Shown here: positions 1 through 10,900 of the stretch, piece after piece
Position numbering within the stretch: position 1 is the stretch's first letter
Layout of the letters: every line of letters starts with the position of its first letter
NCBI GenBank assembly: GCA_965113315.1
Contig: OZ220375.1
From: Podarcis vaucheri
Lineage: Eukaryota
DNA: 64,000 bases
Direction: 5' to 3' (one strand)
Program-made: the position numbers and the translations under genes
The notes under the pieces: generated by a model
Databases searched by the model: none
Seen by the model: only the letters and a program-made list of their open reading frames with translations
What the model was told of the DNA's origin: nothing

Positions 1-262
1 CTGGGAGCAAGCATTCCAGTGCTCATTCCCGAATCACAATGTGCCATTAGAAGTTGATAAAAAGGTTTGTACCAGGGATGAGAGGCTAGATAACCTTTTT
101 GGGTCTGTTTTTGAAACTCGCATGACTGGTCACAGCTACAGCATCTTCAATGCTGCCCATGCCGTGGCACAAGCTTTGCACACCATGTACTCATCAAGAT
201 CCAACCACGACCCACTAGCAGGTGGTAAAAAAACTGAATGGAAAAACCTTCAGCCCTGGCAG
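1..262 (+). CDS. V2R gene A exon 3 (3' part; Venus flytrap domain)
   Basis: Frame from nt 2 reads [44 protein letters not shown]; donor gtaatg at 263. Confidence 0.92.
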
Positions 263-3200
263 GTAATGTTTCCACAACAAAATGGATTTATTGCCATGAA
301 TGCATTTTTATAAAGTGAAATAGCACCCAAATACAGTGGTACCTTGAGTTACAAACGCCTCAGGTTACAAACGCTTCAGGTTACAAACTCAGCTAACCTG
401 GAAGAGTTACCTTAAGTTGAGAACTTTGCCCCAGGATGAGAACGGAAATTGTGTGCCGGCGGCGCAGCAGCAGTAAGAGGCCTCATTAGCGAAAGCACGC
501 CTCTAGTTAAGAACAGTTTCAGGTTAAGAACGGACCTCCGGAATGAATTTCGTAACTAGAGGTACCACTGTATAACAGTGGAATTGCACTTGACATACAG
601 TGGTACCTCGGGTTACATACGCTTCAGGTTACATATGCTTCAGGTTACAGACTCCGCTACCCCAGAAATAGTGCTTCAGGTTAAGAACTTTGCTTCAGGA
701 TGAGAACAGAAATCGTGCTCCGGCGGCGCAGCAGGAGGCCCCATTAGCTAAAGTCGTGCTTCAGGTCAAGAACAGTTTCGGGTTAAGTACGGATCTCCAG
801 AACGAATTAAGTACTTAACCTGAGGTACCACTGTACTATTCATTAACAAGAGCAACAACTATTGTTACATTTAGGGGGGATTATGAACCCACATAGTCTG
901 AACCTGTGGCTTATTTTGTACTGAGCAGGATTATGATCACTCATTAACAGGAGCTGAAATGTGGGGAGAAGGGGAATGATGTGTGAGCAGAAGGAGCTAA
1001 TCACTCTCGGCATAATATTGAGGGAAATTGCCCTTCTGAACCTGCGTTTAGCCTCAAAGCAGCTTGTGTGTGTGTGATTTTAACCAGAATCACTAGAGAA
1101 GAAAAATGCTAACCACCTAAAACCCTCTTCACTGCTGCCGCCTAGGACACATTCACACCACACATTTAAAGCAGTATCACACCACTTTAACAGCAAGGGC
1201 ATCTTCAACAGAATCCTGGGAATGACTCCCTCAGGAAGTTGTGGATTCTCCTTTAAGGAGGGGTTGGATCGCCACCTCTTGTGGATGCTTTAGTTGAGAT
1301 CTCTGCATTACAGGGCTTGGCCTAGATGACCTTTGGTTTCATTCCAACAACTCTACTATTCATCTAGTTTTTTCACTTGTAGATTGAAAGAACAATTTGC
1401 TTGCATTTTTAAAAAAATTACTGTTTGACTGCATTCATTATTGCATTCCCCCCATAAGCATTTGTAAAAGGAAATTGCAAAAGAAATTGCAAAAGAAATT
1501 GCAAAAGAAGCAAAAACAAAATCCTGCACCAGCAGGGAAATGTATTTATGAAGCTCNNNNNNNNNNNNNNNNNNNNNNNNNNNNNNNNNNNNNNNNNNNN
1601 NNNNNNNNNNNNNNNNNNNNNNNNNNNNNNNNNNNNNNNNNNNNNNNNNNNNNNNNNNNNNNNNNNNNNNNNNNNNNNNNNNNNNNNNNNNNNNNNNNNN
1701 NNNNNNNNNNNNNNNNNNNNNNNNNTCAGTTTCTTCAAGGCATCTCCTTTAACAATTCAGCGGGAGAAAGAGTGCACTTCAACAATAAAATGGAAATGGT
1801 CACAGGATTTGATATAATGAAGATGGTCATATTTCCCAACAACTCCTTCACAAAAGTGAAAGTTGGAAGAGTAGATCCCAATGAAGAGCAGAATATCATC
1901 CTTAATGAGGACAGGATTACTTGGCAAAGACGTTTCAATCAGGTATGTGTCTATACTGATACTAAAAAATGGGACCTAATGGTCAGAAGTTAGGCTCTGA
2001 AATTTGTTTTTTTATTTATTAAGTTCATTTATGTCCTGTCTTTCCTCTAAGGTGTACAAGAAAACATTCAATACTGTCTTGCTTCCATTTTTCCTCACAA
2101 AAACCCTCTGAGGTACATTAGCCTGAGAGATACATTTTGCCCCAAGGCCACACAGTGATTTTCTTCGCCAAGTAGAGAATTGAACCCTGATATTTCTGGT
2201 CTTGCTCTAACCATTAGACCACTGTGGTTTTCAGTTAGTGCCATGTATGCAGAAACTCCACAACACCCTCAATGAACTCCCCCCCATCCTGTTTTTGTGG
2301 GATAAAAAATTCATTTGAGTAAGCCATTGGTTTACTCTGGTGTGCAGATTCTCCTCAAACAAGCAATTGGCTATAAAACTAAGATTCAGGGAATCACTGG
2401 CAAATTGTCTGCACTGTGTTCAACTGATTGCTTGAATCTTTTTAGTTTTGCCAATGAACAAAAGTGATCTCTAAATTCTTCCACCCATAATTCTTTCGAC
2501 CTTTATTTGTAGGTGTTGCCCCTTTCTGTATGTAGTGACTCCTGCCATGCTGGTTATCAGAAGAAGAAGAAGGAAGGGGAGAAATTTTGCTGCTATGATT
2601 GTGTTCCATGTCCAGAAGGGAAGGTTTCATGGCAACAAGGTAGGTGTTCTAGTGCGTTAATGTTTCCAGAATACACAGAAAATACAATTTATGAAGTAAA
2701 AACAATAAAGAAATTTATGACAACTTAAAGACAGACAGATACTCAGCATAACCAGACACTGCTATGTTGAAGATTCTCATGAAAACAGGCCTGTATTCAC
2801 AAATGAATTCACACTATGTTTCTCACTATTTTGTTTTTCAGACATGGCAGACTGCTACAAATGCCATGATGATCAATATGCAAGCAGGGACCAAGATCAA
2901 TGTATGTCAAAGACATTAGCTTATCTGTCCTACGAAGATCCTTTAGGGATTAGTTTAGGATTGGTTGCTGTGTCCTTCTCTATTGTTACAGTATCGGTAA
3001 TTGGAATTTTTATTAAGAACAAAGATACCCCCATAGTCAAAGCCAACAATCGGGACCTTACATACATTCTCCTCTTCTCCCTCCTGTTCTGCTTCCTCTC
3101 ATCATTGCTATTCCTTGGCCAACCTGGGAAGGTGATCTGCTTTCTCCGTCAATCTGCTTTTGGCATTATCTTCTCAGTGGCTATCTCTTGTGTGTTGGCT

Positions 3201-3743
3201 AAAACCATAATTGTGGTTCTTGCTTTCATGGCCACCAAGCCGGGGTCCAGAATGAGAATGTGGGTGGGGAAAAGATTGACCAATTCCATTGTTCTCTCCT
3301 GCTCCATTATTCAAGCAGGCATTTGTGTGCTGTGGCTGGCAACCTCCCCCCCATTCCCAGATTTGGACATGCAGTCCCTAATTGAAGAAATTATAGCAGA
3401 ATGCAATGAAGGGTCTGTCACCATGTTTTATCTTGTTCTGGGCTACATGGGAGTTCTGGCCATCATCAGCTTCACTGTGGCTTTCCTGGCAAGAAAGTTG
3501 CCAGACAGTTTTAATGAAGCCAAGTTCATTACCTTCAGCATGTTGATGTTCTGCAGTGTTTGGTTGTCATTTGTTCCAACCTACCTGAGTACCAAAGGGA
3601 AATATATGGTGGCTGTGGAGATCTTCTCCATCTTGGCCTCCAGTGCTGGCTTGTTGGGTTGTATATTTTCCCCCAAATGCTACATTATTTTGTTGAGACC
3701 TGAACTGAATACGAGGGAGCAGCTGATAAGAATAAAGAGTTAA
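1..3743 (+). CDS. V2R gene A (vomeronasal type-2 receptor), 5'-partial: join(<1..262, ~1721(in gap)..1942, 2513..2639, 2842..3743)
   Basis: Exon 3 tail [20 protein letters not shown]|gt; exon 4 [12 protein letters not shown]|gt; 127-nt Cys-rich exon 5; 902-nt 7TM exon with [38 protein letters not shown] boundaries and phases consistent. Confidence 0.92.
334..570. mobile_element. Non-autonomous Tc1/mariner (pogo/Tigger-like) MITE
   Basis: TIRs CAGTGGTACCT...AGGTACCACTG, TA on both flanks. Confidence 0.88.
598..833. mobile_element. Non-autonomous Tc1/mariner (pogo/Tigger-like) MITE, same family as 334-570
   Basis: TIRs CAGTGGTACCTC...GAGGTACCACTG, TA flanks. Confidence 0.88.
1225..1362 (+). 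mobile_element. Degenerate CR1 LINE 3' fragment
   Basis: Resembles the CR1 3' end seen at 63269-63719 (..gggcttggcctagatgacctttgg..ccaacaactctact). Confidence 0.5.
1466..1510. repeat. Short tandem repeat (AAAAGAAATTGC)x~3
   Basis: Directly visible; explains the KKLQKKLQ spurious ORF text. Confidence 0.8.
1557..1725. other. Assembly gap (169 N)
   Basis: Run of N. Confidence 1.
1726..1942 (+). CDS. V2R gene A exon 4 (acceptor hidden in N gap)
   Basis: [33 protein letters not shown]; donor gtatgt at 1943. Confidence 0.9.
2513..2639 (+). CDS. V2R gene A exon 5 (cysteine-rich NCD3G domain)
   Basis: ttgtag|[43 protein letters not shown]|gtaggt; 127 nt. Confidence 0.93.
2842..3743 (+). CDS. V2R gene A exon 6 (7-transmembrane domain)
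   Basis: tttcag acceptor; 902 nt open to TAA; class C 7TM motifs. Confidence 0.95.
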
Positions 3744-4102
3744 AGAATCTAAGTAAACAGTTTATGTATTTCTTGTGCAATATGACAATGAGACGGTGGG
3801 CCTACTCAAGAAGTCAGATTTAGGTAGCATACATTCCTGACCAATCTATTTCTACTCCTATGTTACAAACAAACACAACAAATATGACAGATTCATATGG
3901 ATGGAGGGTTAAGAATATAACATGCTTGTGTGATGGCTGATTATTCTTCTGATGTATTTATCTTAATTCTAATTCATAACTTCTTAAATAATGTAGGCCA
4001 CAATCCTCATGAATAACCAAAATAAGGAACTGTATGGAACCTTGGAGATTCACTCACTACTAAATATTTTCCAAATCTGCTTAATACATAACATATAAAA
4101 CC

Positions 4103-4300
4103 TTCCTTCCAGTAGCACCTTAAAGACCAACTAAGTTAGTTCTTGGTATGAGCTTTCGTGTGCATGCACACTTCTTCAGATACCTGCATGCACACGAAAG
4201 CTCATACCAAGAACTAACTTAGTTGGTCTTTAAGGTGCTACTGGAAGGAATTTTTTTATTTTGACTATGGCAGACCAACATGGCTACCTATCTGTAACTG
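4103..4300. mobile_element. Penelope-like element fragment (inverted terminal repeat arrangement) forming a perfect 66-bp hairpin
   Basis: 4103-4168 is the exact reverse complement of 4185-4250 (16-nt loop); flanking direct repeat ATATAAAACCTT at 4093-4104 and 4302-4313; contains a hammerhead core typical of Penelope-like repeats. Confidence 0.8.
4145..4184 (-). ncRNA. Minimal type I hammerhead ribozyme motif (Penelope-associated)
   Basis: Minus strand GGUAU CUGAAGA A GUGUG-CAUG-CACAC GAAA GC UC^AUACC: stem I GGUAU/AUACC, CUGANGA and GAAA core, palindromic AGCU stem III. Confidence 0.75.
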
Positions 4301-5747
4301 TATATAAAACCTTGAACAACTTAGGTCTAGGTTACCTCAAATACTATCTACCCCTATACAGACTTGTAAGGTCACTTAGATTGCTAGGGGAATTTGATTA
4401 ATGATACTGTACTTTATAGTACATCACAGGGCATGTATCTCCCATAGATGAAGCACCAATCAACAATTATTTCAAACATCTTGCAAAGTCTCATCTTTCC
4501 CTAACCGATAAGATTGGACTATGTTTTATGTGCTTTGGAACTCTTGAATTATTTGCTTCAATTATATGCCTTTAAGTGCCTTGTTTTAATTCTTTTTAAT
4601 ATTGTATACTACTTAGAGATTTTAAAATATTAAGTGGTTTATAAATGCTTTCACATAAATAGTGTTAATAAATAAGGAGGGAATCATACAATTCAACAGC
4701 AGCAGGTGCAAATGAGTGGTTTTCACTGACATTACATTGGGGCAGGAAGGATTAAAACTCTATTCTCCACATTCTGTGGTACTGAGTATTGTTAACAATG
4801 TTCTCTGGTTCTTATGTCTTATGTCCCCGCCTTCTGTCCACTTGTAAAAAGCTCTTTGTGAAATAGATTCATTGGTGCTTTGCTAAGCATAAAATAAATT
4901 ACATTTATAACATGCTAAATTAAGGTTCACAGCTGATGGACCCTTAGCTAGGAATTAATACTTAAAATGTATTAAGGTTAAAGGGCAGTTGGAAATGTCT
5001 CCCTCTCCCTTCTTTCATTTCACTGTATCTTTGTGCAAAATAATATGTGGCCATCTCTACAGCTGTCCCAGATGTCAAGTGGAGATGGAGATCATAGTGA
5101 TTGTGGGAAGAATCAGCAGTGATTCTGATTCTCCTTTGGAAAAATGGAGGTCCAGCTTTATTTCACTTATTGGCCCAGACTATTTGCTCCAGTTGTTCCA
5201 GGCCTCTCCTAGAAATCTGTTGGGTCCATGTCTAGCATATGTTCCTAATAGAATCACCATTGATGGGGCCAATTGTGTACCAGTGTCACTGTTTCTACTC
5301 CACAGAGCACTTGTTAATAACTAGGGGGTGCCTCATCTCACCGCCCCTACTCCTCCATGGGAAACCCTTAGAGCTTCCACTTTCAAACTCAAGCAACTAT
5401 GAAGTGCACTTTTTAACCTTCCAAATTTTATTTCAGAAGCCAGTCCTCTGTCCTGTTCTGGACCTTCTTTGCTCTTCTCTTCCATTTTCAATATCAATTC
5501 TCTGGAGATATTTTCAATATCAATTCTCTGCAAAGTTCAGAAAGCACAAACTTTATTTATCAGACCAAAACCTTAGGGACAAAGTAGCTCCTTCACACCC
5601 AAAACACAGCTTTGTCTAATTCACTCCAAACTGTTGTCAAAGTTTTGTGCTCTTTTTGTGCAATCTTTTGTTACCAACCACTCACTTTTTGCCACTGCCC
5701 TGAACTGAGTAATTGGTACACTGTGAACCAAAATCCAAATGGCATTG

Positions 5748-6511
5748 TTCTCAGGAGGCGATCCTTCTTGTGACTGGGCTCCTGGACACACCCCTGGATA
5801 AGTAGGTTTCGTTTCTTGGTCTAAGTTTCATTTCTCTAAATAGGCATCACGGGTCATTGCCAATCAGGAGGGGGATAGGGTGGTTCAAGAATTATATAAG
5901 CATCAGCGCAAGAGTGCCCAGGCACATGATTGGCATTGCTGAACCCACCCTCCCACCCTTATTGTTGGTTCTCGGCCTTGCTTTGGACTTTGTGTGAGTC
6001 GCCTGTCTTGGGACAGGGGCCGGGTAGGAATATTTACCCATTTAGAAAATTAGCACTGGCCACTTGGTTTTTTGCCTACCCCTTTAGCAATTGCCACAAC
6101 TTTCCAGGTTTGGCGGTTAGGCATTGGCTTAATTTTATGTGTGGAGGGGAGGTGTGGCCATCACCTGCCCCTCAATGATCAAAAGGTATTCCGTTAAAGG
6201 AATCTGGGGGTCCTGGATCTCGTCCGAATTCCGCTTGATGGGCTACAGTCATGCCGGAATAACAGGAACCTCACAGTAAGCTTCTGTTGGGCAAAACCCC
6301 AATGTTGCTGCCTCAGTGGGTTTACCTACATAGATTCTGTCAACTGGGGCAGTAGTCAGTTATGGTCTTCAGCTAATACCTATGCCAATACCAATACCAC
6401 TCACATTTAATTTTCAATCAATAAAGTTGTGGCCTTAATGTTACACATCAACCTTAATTCTGTGTCTGTGTGTAGTTATTTCATGGGGGGCTGGCTGGGG
6501 GCCTCAAGACA
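5748..6511 (+). mobile_element. LTR-like / DIRS(Ngaro)-like repeat, copy 1 of 3
   Basis: Shares motifs with 57926-58726 and 61574-62370: ccaccctccc, ggtaggaat, ggttttttgcctacc, cacaactt..ggttaggcattgg, ttccgttaaaggaatc, AATAAAGTTGTGGCC and a similar 3' end. Superfamily assignment is tentative. Confidence 0.6.
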
Positions 6512-7046
6512 CAAATCAGTGTCAAACTTTGGTAATAGTCTCAAACCCTTTTGTACAGCAAACCTCACTCCCAAAATATTAAGCAGGTCCCTTAGAAAGG
6601 AAGGAGGGGTACGAGTGATTCTCCCAGCTAAAACATGCTGTTTTAGCAATTGTTGTTCATACCTATGGTGGACACATGTTCCCAAATATAAATTAATCTG
6701 TACATTATTTGATTAAAAGCAGCTTATGTACCAATCTGAATTTAATTGGTGGGAGATCTGCATGAAAAAAATTCAAGAAAGTCACAGTTTTGAAAGAAAA
6801 CTGTGTTCTCTTTTGTGTAATGTTTCAGGAAGCAGAAATAATATTTTTTTATATTAAAATGCAAATTGAATTGAATTTGATGCCCATCACTAGGTGCTTC
6901 CAAATTAATACAGGGCATCAAATGAAACTCAGCAAGGACTATCAACATTAATTTTAAGTACCTATAATGTTACAGTAGGCTCTTGCATCCTAAGCCACTT
7001 GTGCTCTACACATACAAAAATACAACAGGATACATAGCAAAATCCT

Positions 7047-7948
7047 TCAATTCTTTCTCCTTATGAGTTGCTCCTTGCTATTCATCTGAGGCCTCAACAT
7101 TATGATGTAGCATTTAGGGGCAAAGATGCAACCCAATAGCCCAGCACTGGAGGACAGGATGGAGAAGATCTCCACCACTACCATATACTTCCCTTTGGTG
7201 CTCAGATAGGTTGGAACAAAGGACAACCAAACACTGCAAAACAGCAACATGCTGAATGTAATGAACTTGGCTTCATTAAAAGTATCTGGTAATTTGCGGG
7301 CTAAGAATGCCACAATGAAGCTGGCTGTAGCCAAGAGGCCCAAGTAGCCCAGGACAGAATAAAATATTGTAACGGAGCCTTCATTACATTGCACAATGAT
7401 TTCATCTGCTACAGAGTTCATGTCTAAATCAGGGAATGAGGGAGCAGTGGTCAGCCATACAGTACAAATACTTGCTTGGATAACAGTGCAGGAAAGGACA
7501 ATGGAGTTGCTCAGTTTTTTCCCCACCCACTTCCTCATCTTGGACCCTGGTTTGGTAGCCATGAAAGCTACAACCACTGTGATGGTTTTTGCCAACACAC
7601 AAGAAACAGCCATTGAGAAGACAATGCCAAAAGTTGGTTGTCGGAGGAGGCAGGTCACTGTGTTAGGTCTTCCAAGAAACAGCAATGTAGAGAGGAAGCA
7701 GAGCAGGAGGGAGATGAGCAACGTGTACGTGAGGTCCCGGTTGTTGGCTTTGACTATGGGCGTATCTCTGTGCTTAATAAAAGTTCCCAACACCCAGGCT
7801 GAGATCAGGGAAAAGAAAACAGCAATCACGGCTGAACTTATCCCTAAAAGCTCTTGGTAAGATAGAAAGGTTATTGTCTTAGGGATGCAGTCACTTCTGT
7901 CTTTGCTTGCATGCTCTTGCTCTGGGCATCTGAAACAGTCATCAATAT
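7047..7948 (-). CDS. V2R gene B exon 6 (7TM)
   Basis: tctcag|ATATTGATGAC; [34 protein letters not shown]. Confidence 0.95.
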
Positions 7949-10900
7949 CTGAGAACAAACATGGAAAGAGATAGAACTTTATGATCAAATTCTTGCTAAT
8001 TGCAAATGAGCTGATAGTTATATATATATATATATGCCACTCAACATTAAGTCAATTCTATATTTGCTTCTAGTTGCTTAGTTTTTCTTGGGTCATAAGA
8101 TCGTGCTTGATGCAATGGAGCTTACTGCCTAATTTGAATATACATATTAGACTGCCGCTTAATTGAAAGTCCTCTTGAGCAATCCTGGAAGGCATAAACT
8201 TATTTACACACTATTCTTATTTACCACTTGTAAATTGCCAATCATTTGACCCTTTATAATGGGGAAAGGGAGGTAACAAATCACTTACCAATCTGGTTTG
8301 AAACCTTCCCTTCTGGACATGGAATACAATCATAGCAGCAAAATTGTTCTCCTTCCTTTGCTTTCTTCTGATAACCAGGCTGGCAGTGTTCATTACACAC
8401 AGAAAGGGGAGGCGCCTGCTCTTAAACAGGAAAGGATTGCACAGGGAGTTTTTATTTTATTTTTACATTCTGCAAGTGCTAATCATCAAATTAAACAACA
8501 ACAACAAAATTTGTTTAAAAACAGCAGCAAAAATTTTCTCCTTCCTTCCTTTTCTTCCGATATCCTAGGTGGCAGTGCTCATTGCACACAGAAAGGCAAG
8601 CAGCTACCTTTACAGAGGAAAGAAATTGTGATGTGTGCTTTTGTTTTTGCATCATGAAAGTGACAATCATCTTTCTTTTTTTAAAGGCCAATCAATCAGC
8701 CCCATAACTTTCTACCCAGCCACACCATTGCTTCTTCTATTGCACTGTTGTTCACATCAACTAGCAGTCTAGTTCATTTGCATTCAAAGCACGGGCAGTT
8801 TCACAGACATGCAGCACAACTATGCAATGAAAGGGAATGCTTGGAATCCAATCGGCACATCCAGCTGTGAAGCCACTTCCCTCACTCTCCATCACCAAGA
8901 ATGTCTAGATTCCATACCTTGTTAAAGCTTGTGTGCCAATCAATTAGATCTTCATTGATCATGAATCCGTTTTCTTCAGGAGCTCTAGGATCTTCCACCC
9001 TTCCAACTTTCACACGAAGGAAGGAATCGTTTGGAAACATGATCATGTTCATTATGTCAAATCCACCGCTCCTTTCCCCTTGTTCATTAAAGAACACTGT
9101 CTCTCCGGCTGAGTTGTTAAAAGAAATGTCTTGAAGATATGAGTGCATCTAGTTGAAAGAGAAGAACATAAAAAGAGACCAGAAACTAATGGAGTTTGTT
9201 TTGCAGGAGATATATGTTACTGGATACACAAATGACTTAATGAACTTCTATATTCCTCCACCAGTAAGAAATGAATTATGTATTCACAAAAATACACCCT
9301 TCTTTCTGCTCACTGAAAAATGTTACCAACCCTACGTTATGTGGAATATAAAGAAGTAATAAACCTAGAACAACCATTAGGGGATTATTTTGAGCTAAAT
9401 ATGAATCACACTGAGAGCCAGTGTGGTGTAGTGGTTAAGAGTGGTAGTCTCATAATCTGGGGAACTGGGTTCGCGTCTCCGCTCCTCCACATGCAGCTGC
9501 TGGGTGACCTTGGGCCAGTCACCTATCTTTCAAGTCTCTCAGCCCCACTCACCTCACAGAGTGTTGTGGGGGAGAAAGGGAAAGGAGAATGTTAGCCGCT
9601 TTGAGACTCCTGAAGGGGAGTGAAAGGCGGGATATCAAATCCAAACTCTTGTGAATAAGGGGACAAATGCATAGATATTATGGGATGCCAGTAAGGCAGT
9701 TATGAGGGGTTTATTTATCCAGCAAAATACATACAGGAGAAAACTGATAGAACAGAAGAAGAGAGAAATTTTGGACAGCCTAATGAAAAAAAGAAAGAGA
9801 ACTAATGTGTAAACCAAATAAAGAATCCAAGAAGCAAGCAATTAAAATAGTACAAACACAATATTCAATGATTATTATGAAATAGAGTGGAAGATTAAAA
9901 GAATGAAACAAAAATATTTTGAACATGCAAATAAACCAGGGAAATTGTTAGCATGGCAAATGAATAAAAATGAGTTTAAAAACTCTGTAGATAAAATTAA
10001 ACTAAATGAAAAAAGTTATAGACAACCCAAAAGAGAATAGGAAAGTACTTGTTAAATATTACACAGTTTTATATAGAAAGGGGGACAGAGATAGACTAAT
10101 ATTTAAAGGCAAATAACCTACCAAAAATTAAAGAGGAAAATTAGTAATTTTAAATGCCCAGATATCAACTCAAGAAGTACAGTGGTACCTTGGTTTACAA
10201 CCATAATCCGTTCCAGTGGTCCGTTTGTCAACCAAAACAGGTTGTAACCCAAGGTGCGCTTTTGCCAATGGGGCCTCCCAAAAAAATTTGTCCATAATCC
10301 CCCCAAAATGGGTTGTAATCCAAAAAAAGTTTGTAAACTGGGACACACAATTCTGGGTTTGATGTGGTTGTAATCCAAAACGTATGCAAACCAGACTGTT
10401 TGCAATTAATCAGGCAAAAATAGGAAAATTGCCAGACCAGATTGACTATCAGCAAAATATTACAAAAAATTAAATAAGCAGCTTTTAGCACCATTAAATG
10501 ATATAATGAATGAAATTTTAAGATCAGGAAAAATACCAGAGAAATGGGAAGATGCATATATAACATTAATTCCAAAACAAGAGGCAGATTTGACCCAAAT
10601 AAAACATTACAGACCAATTTTGTTATTAAACGATTATAAACTATTTGCTAACATAATGGCTGATAGGATAAAAACAATATTAAAAGAATACATCATGACC
10701 AGGCAGGATTCCTTCCAGGGAGACAAATGAAAGATAATATATTATAGACGTCAGAGAATACCTGGAAGTAAGAAATGAAAAACAAGCAGCATTAATGTTT
10801 ATAGATTCCGAAAAAGCCTTTGACAATGTCTCTTGGGAATTGATGAATAAAATCCTTGAAGAAATGGATTTTGTAGAAAAATTTAGGAAAGGAATTTCTG

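Noticed and set aside
1397-1993. Long ORFs spanning X runs (also 56494-56902)
   Set aside because: Artefacts of N gaps; only the exon 4 and exon 5 parts are real.
4989-5640. ORFs of 66-126 aa between genes A and B
   Set aside because: No recognisable domain or splice structure; possibly old repeat debris that I cannot classify.
7396-7860. 154-aa antisense ORF repeated at 22587, 36462 and 48582
   Set aside because: Shadow of the near-identical 7TM exon on the opposite strand; recurrence reflects paralogy, not an independent gene.
8523-8607. Exon-5 stub as a functional mutually exclusive alternative exon
   Set aside because: It lacks the second half and any donor, and is frameshifted from its homologous acceptor; treated as a recombination scar.
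9413-9490. tRNA-like A/B boxes (also 44618-44695)
   Set aside because: SINE heads; no complete cloverleaf or terminator.
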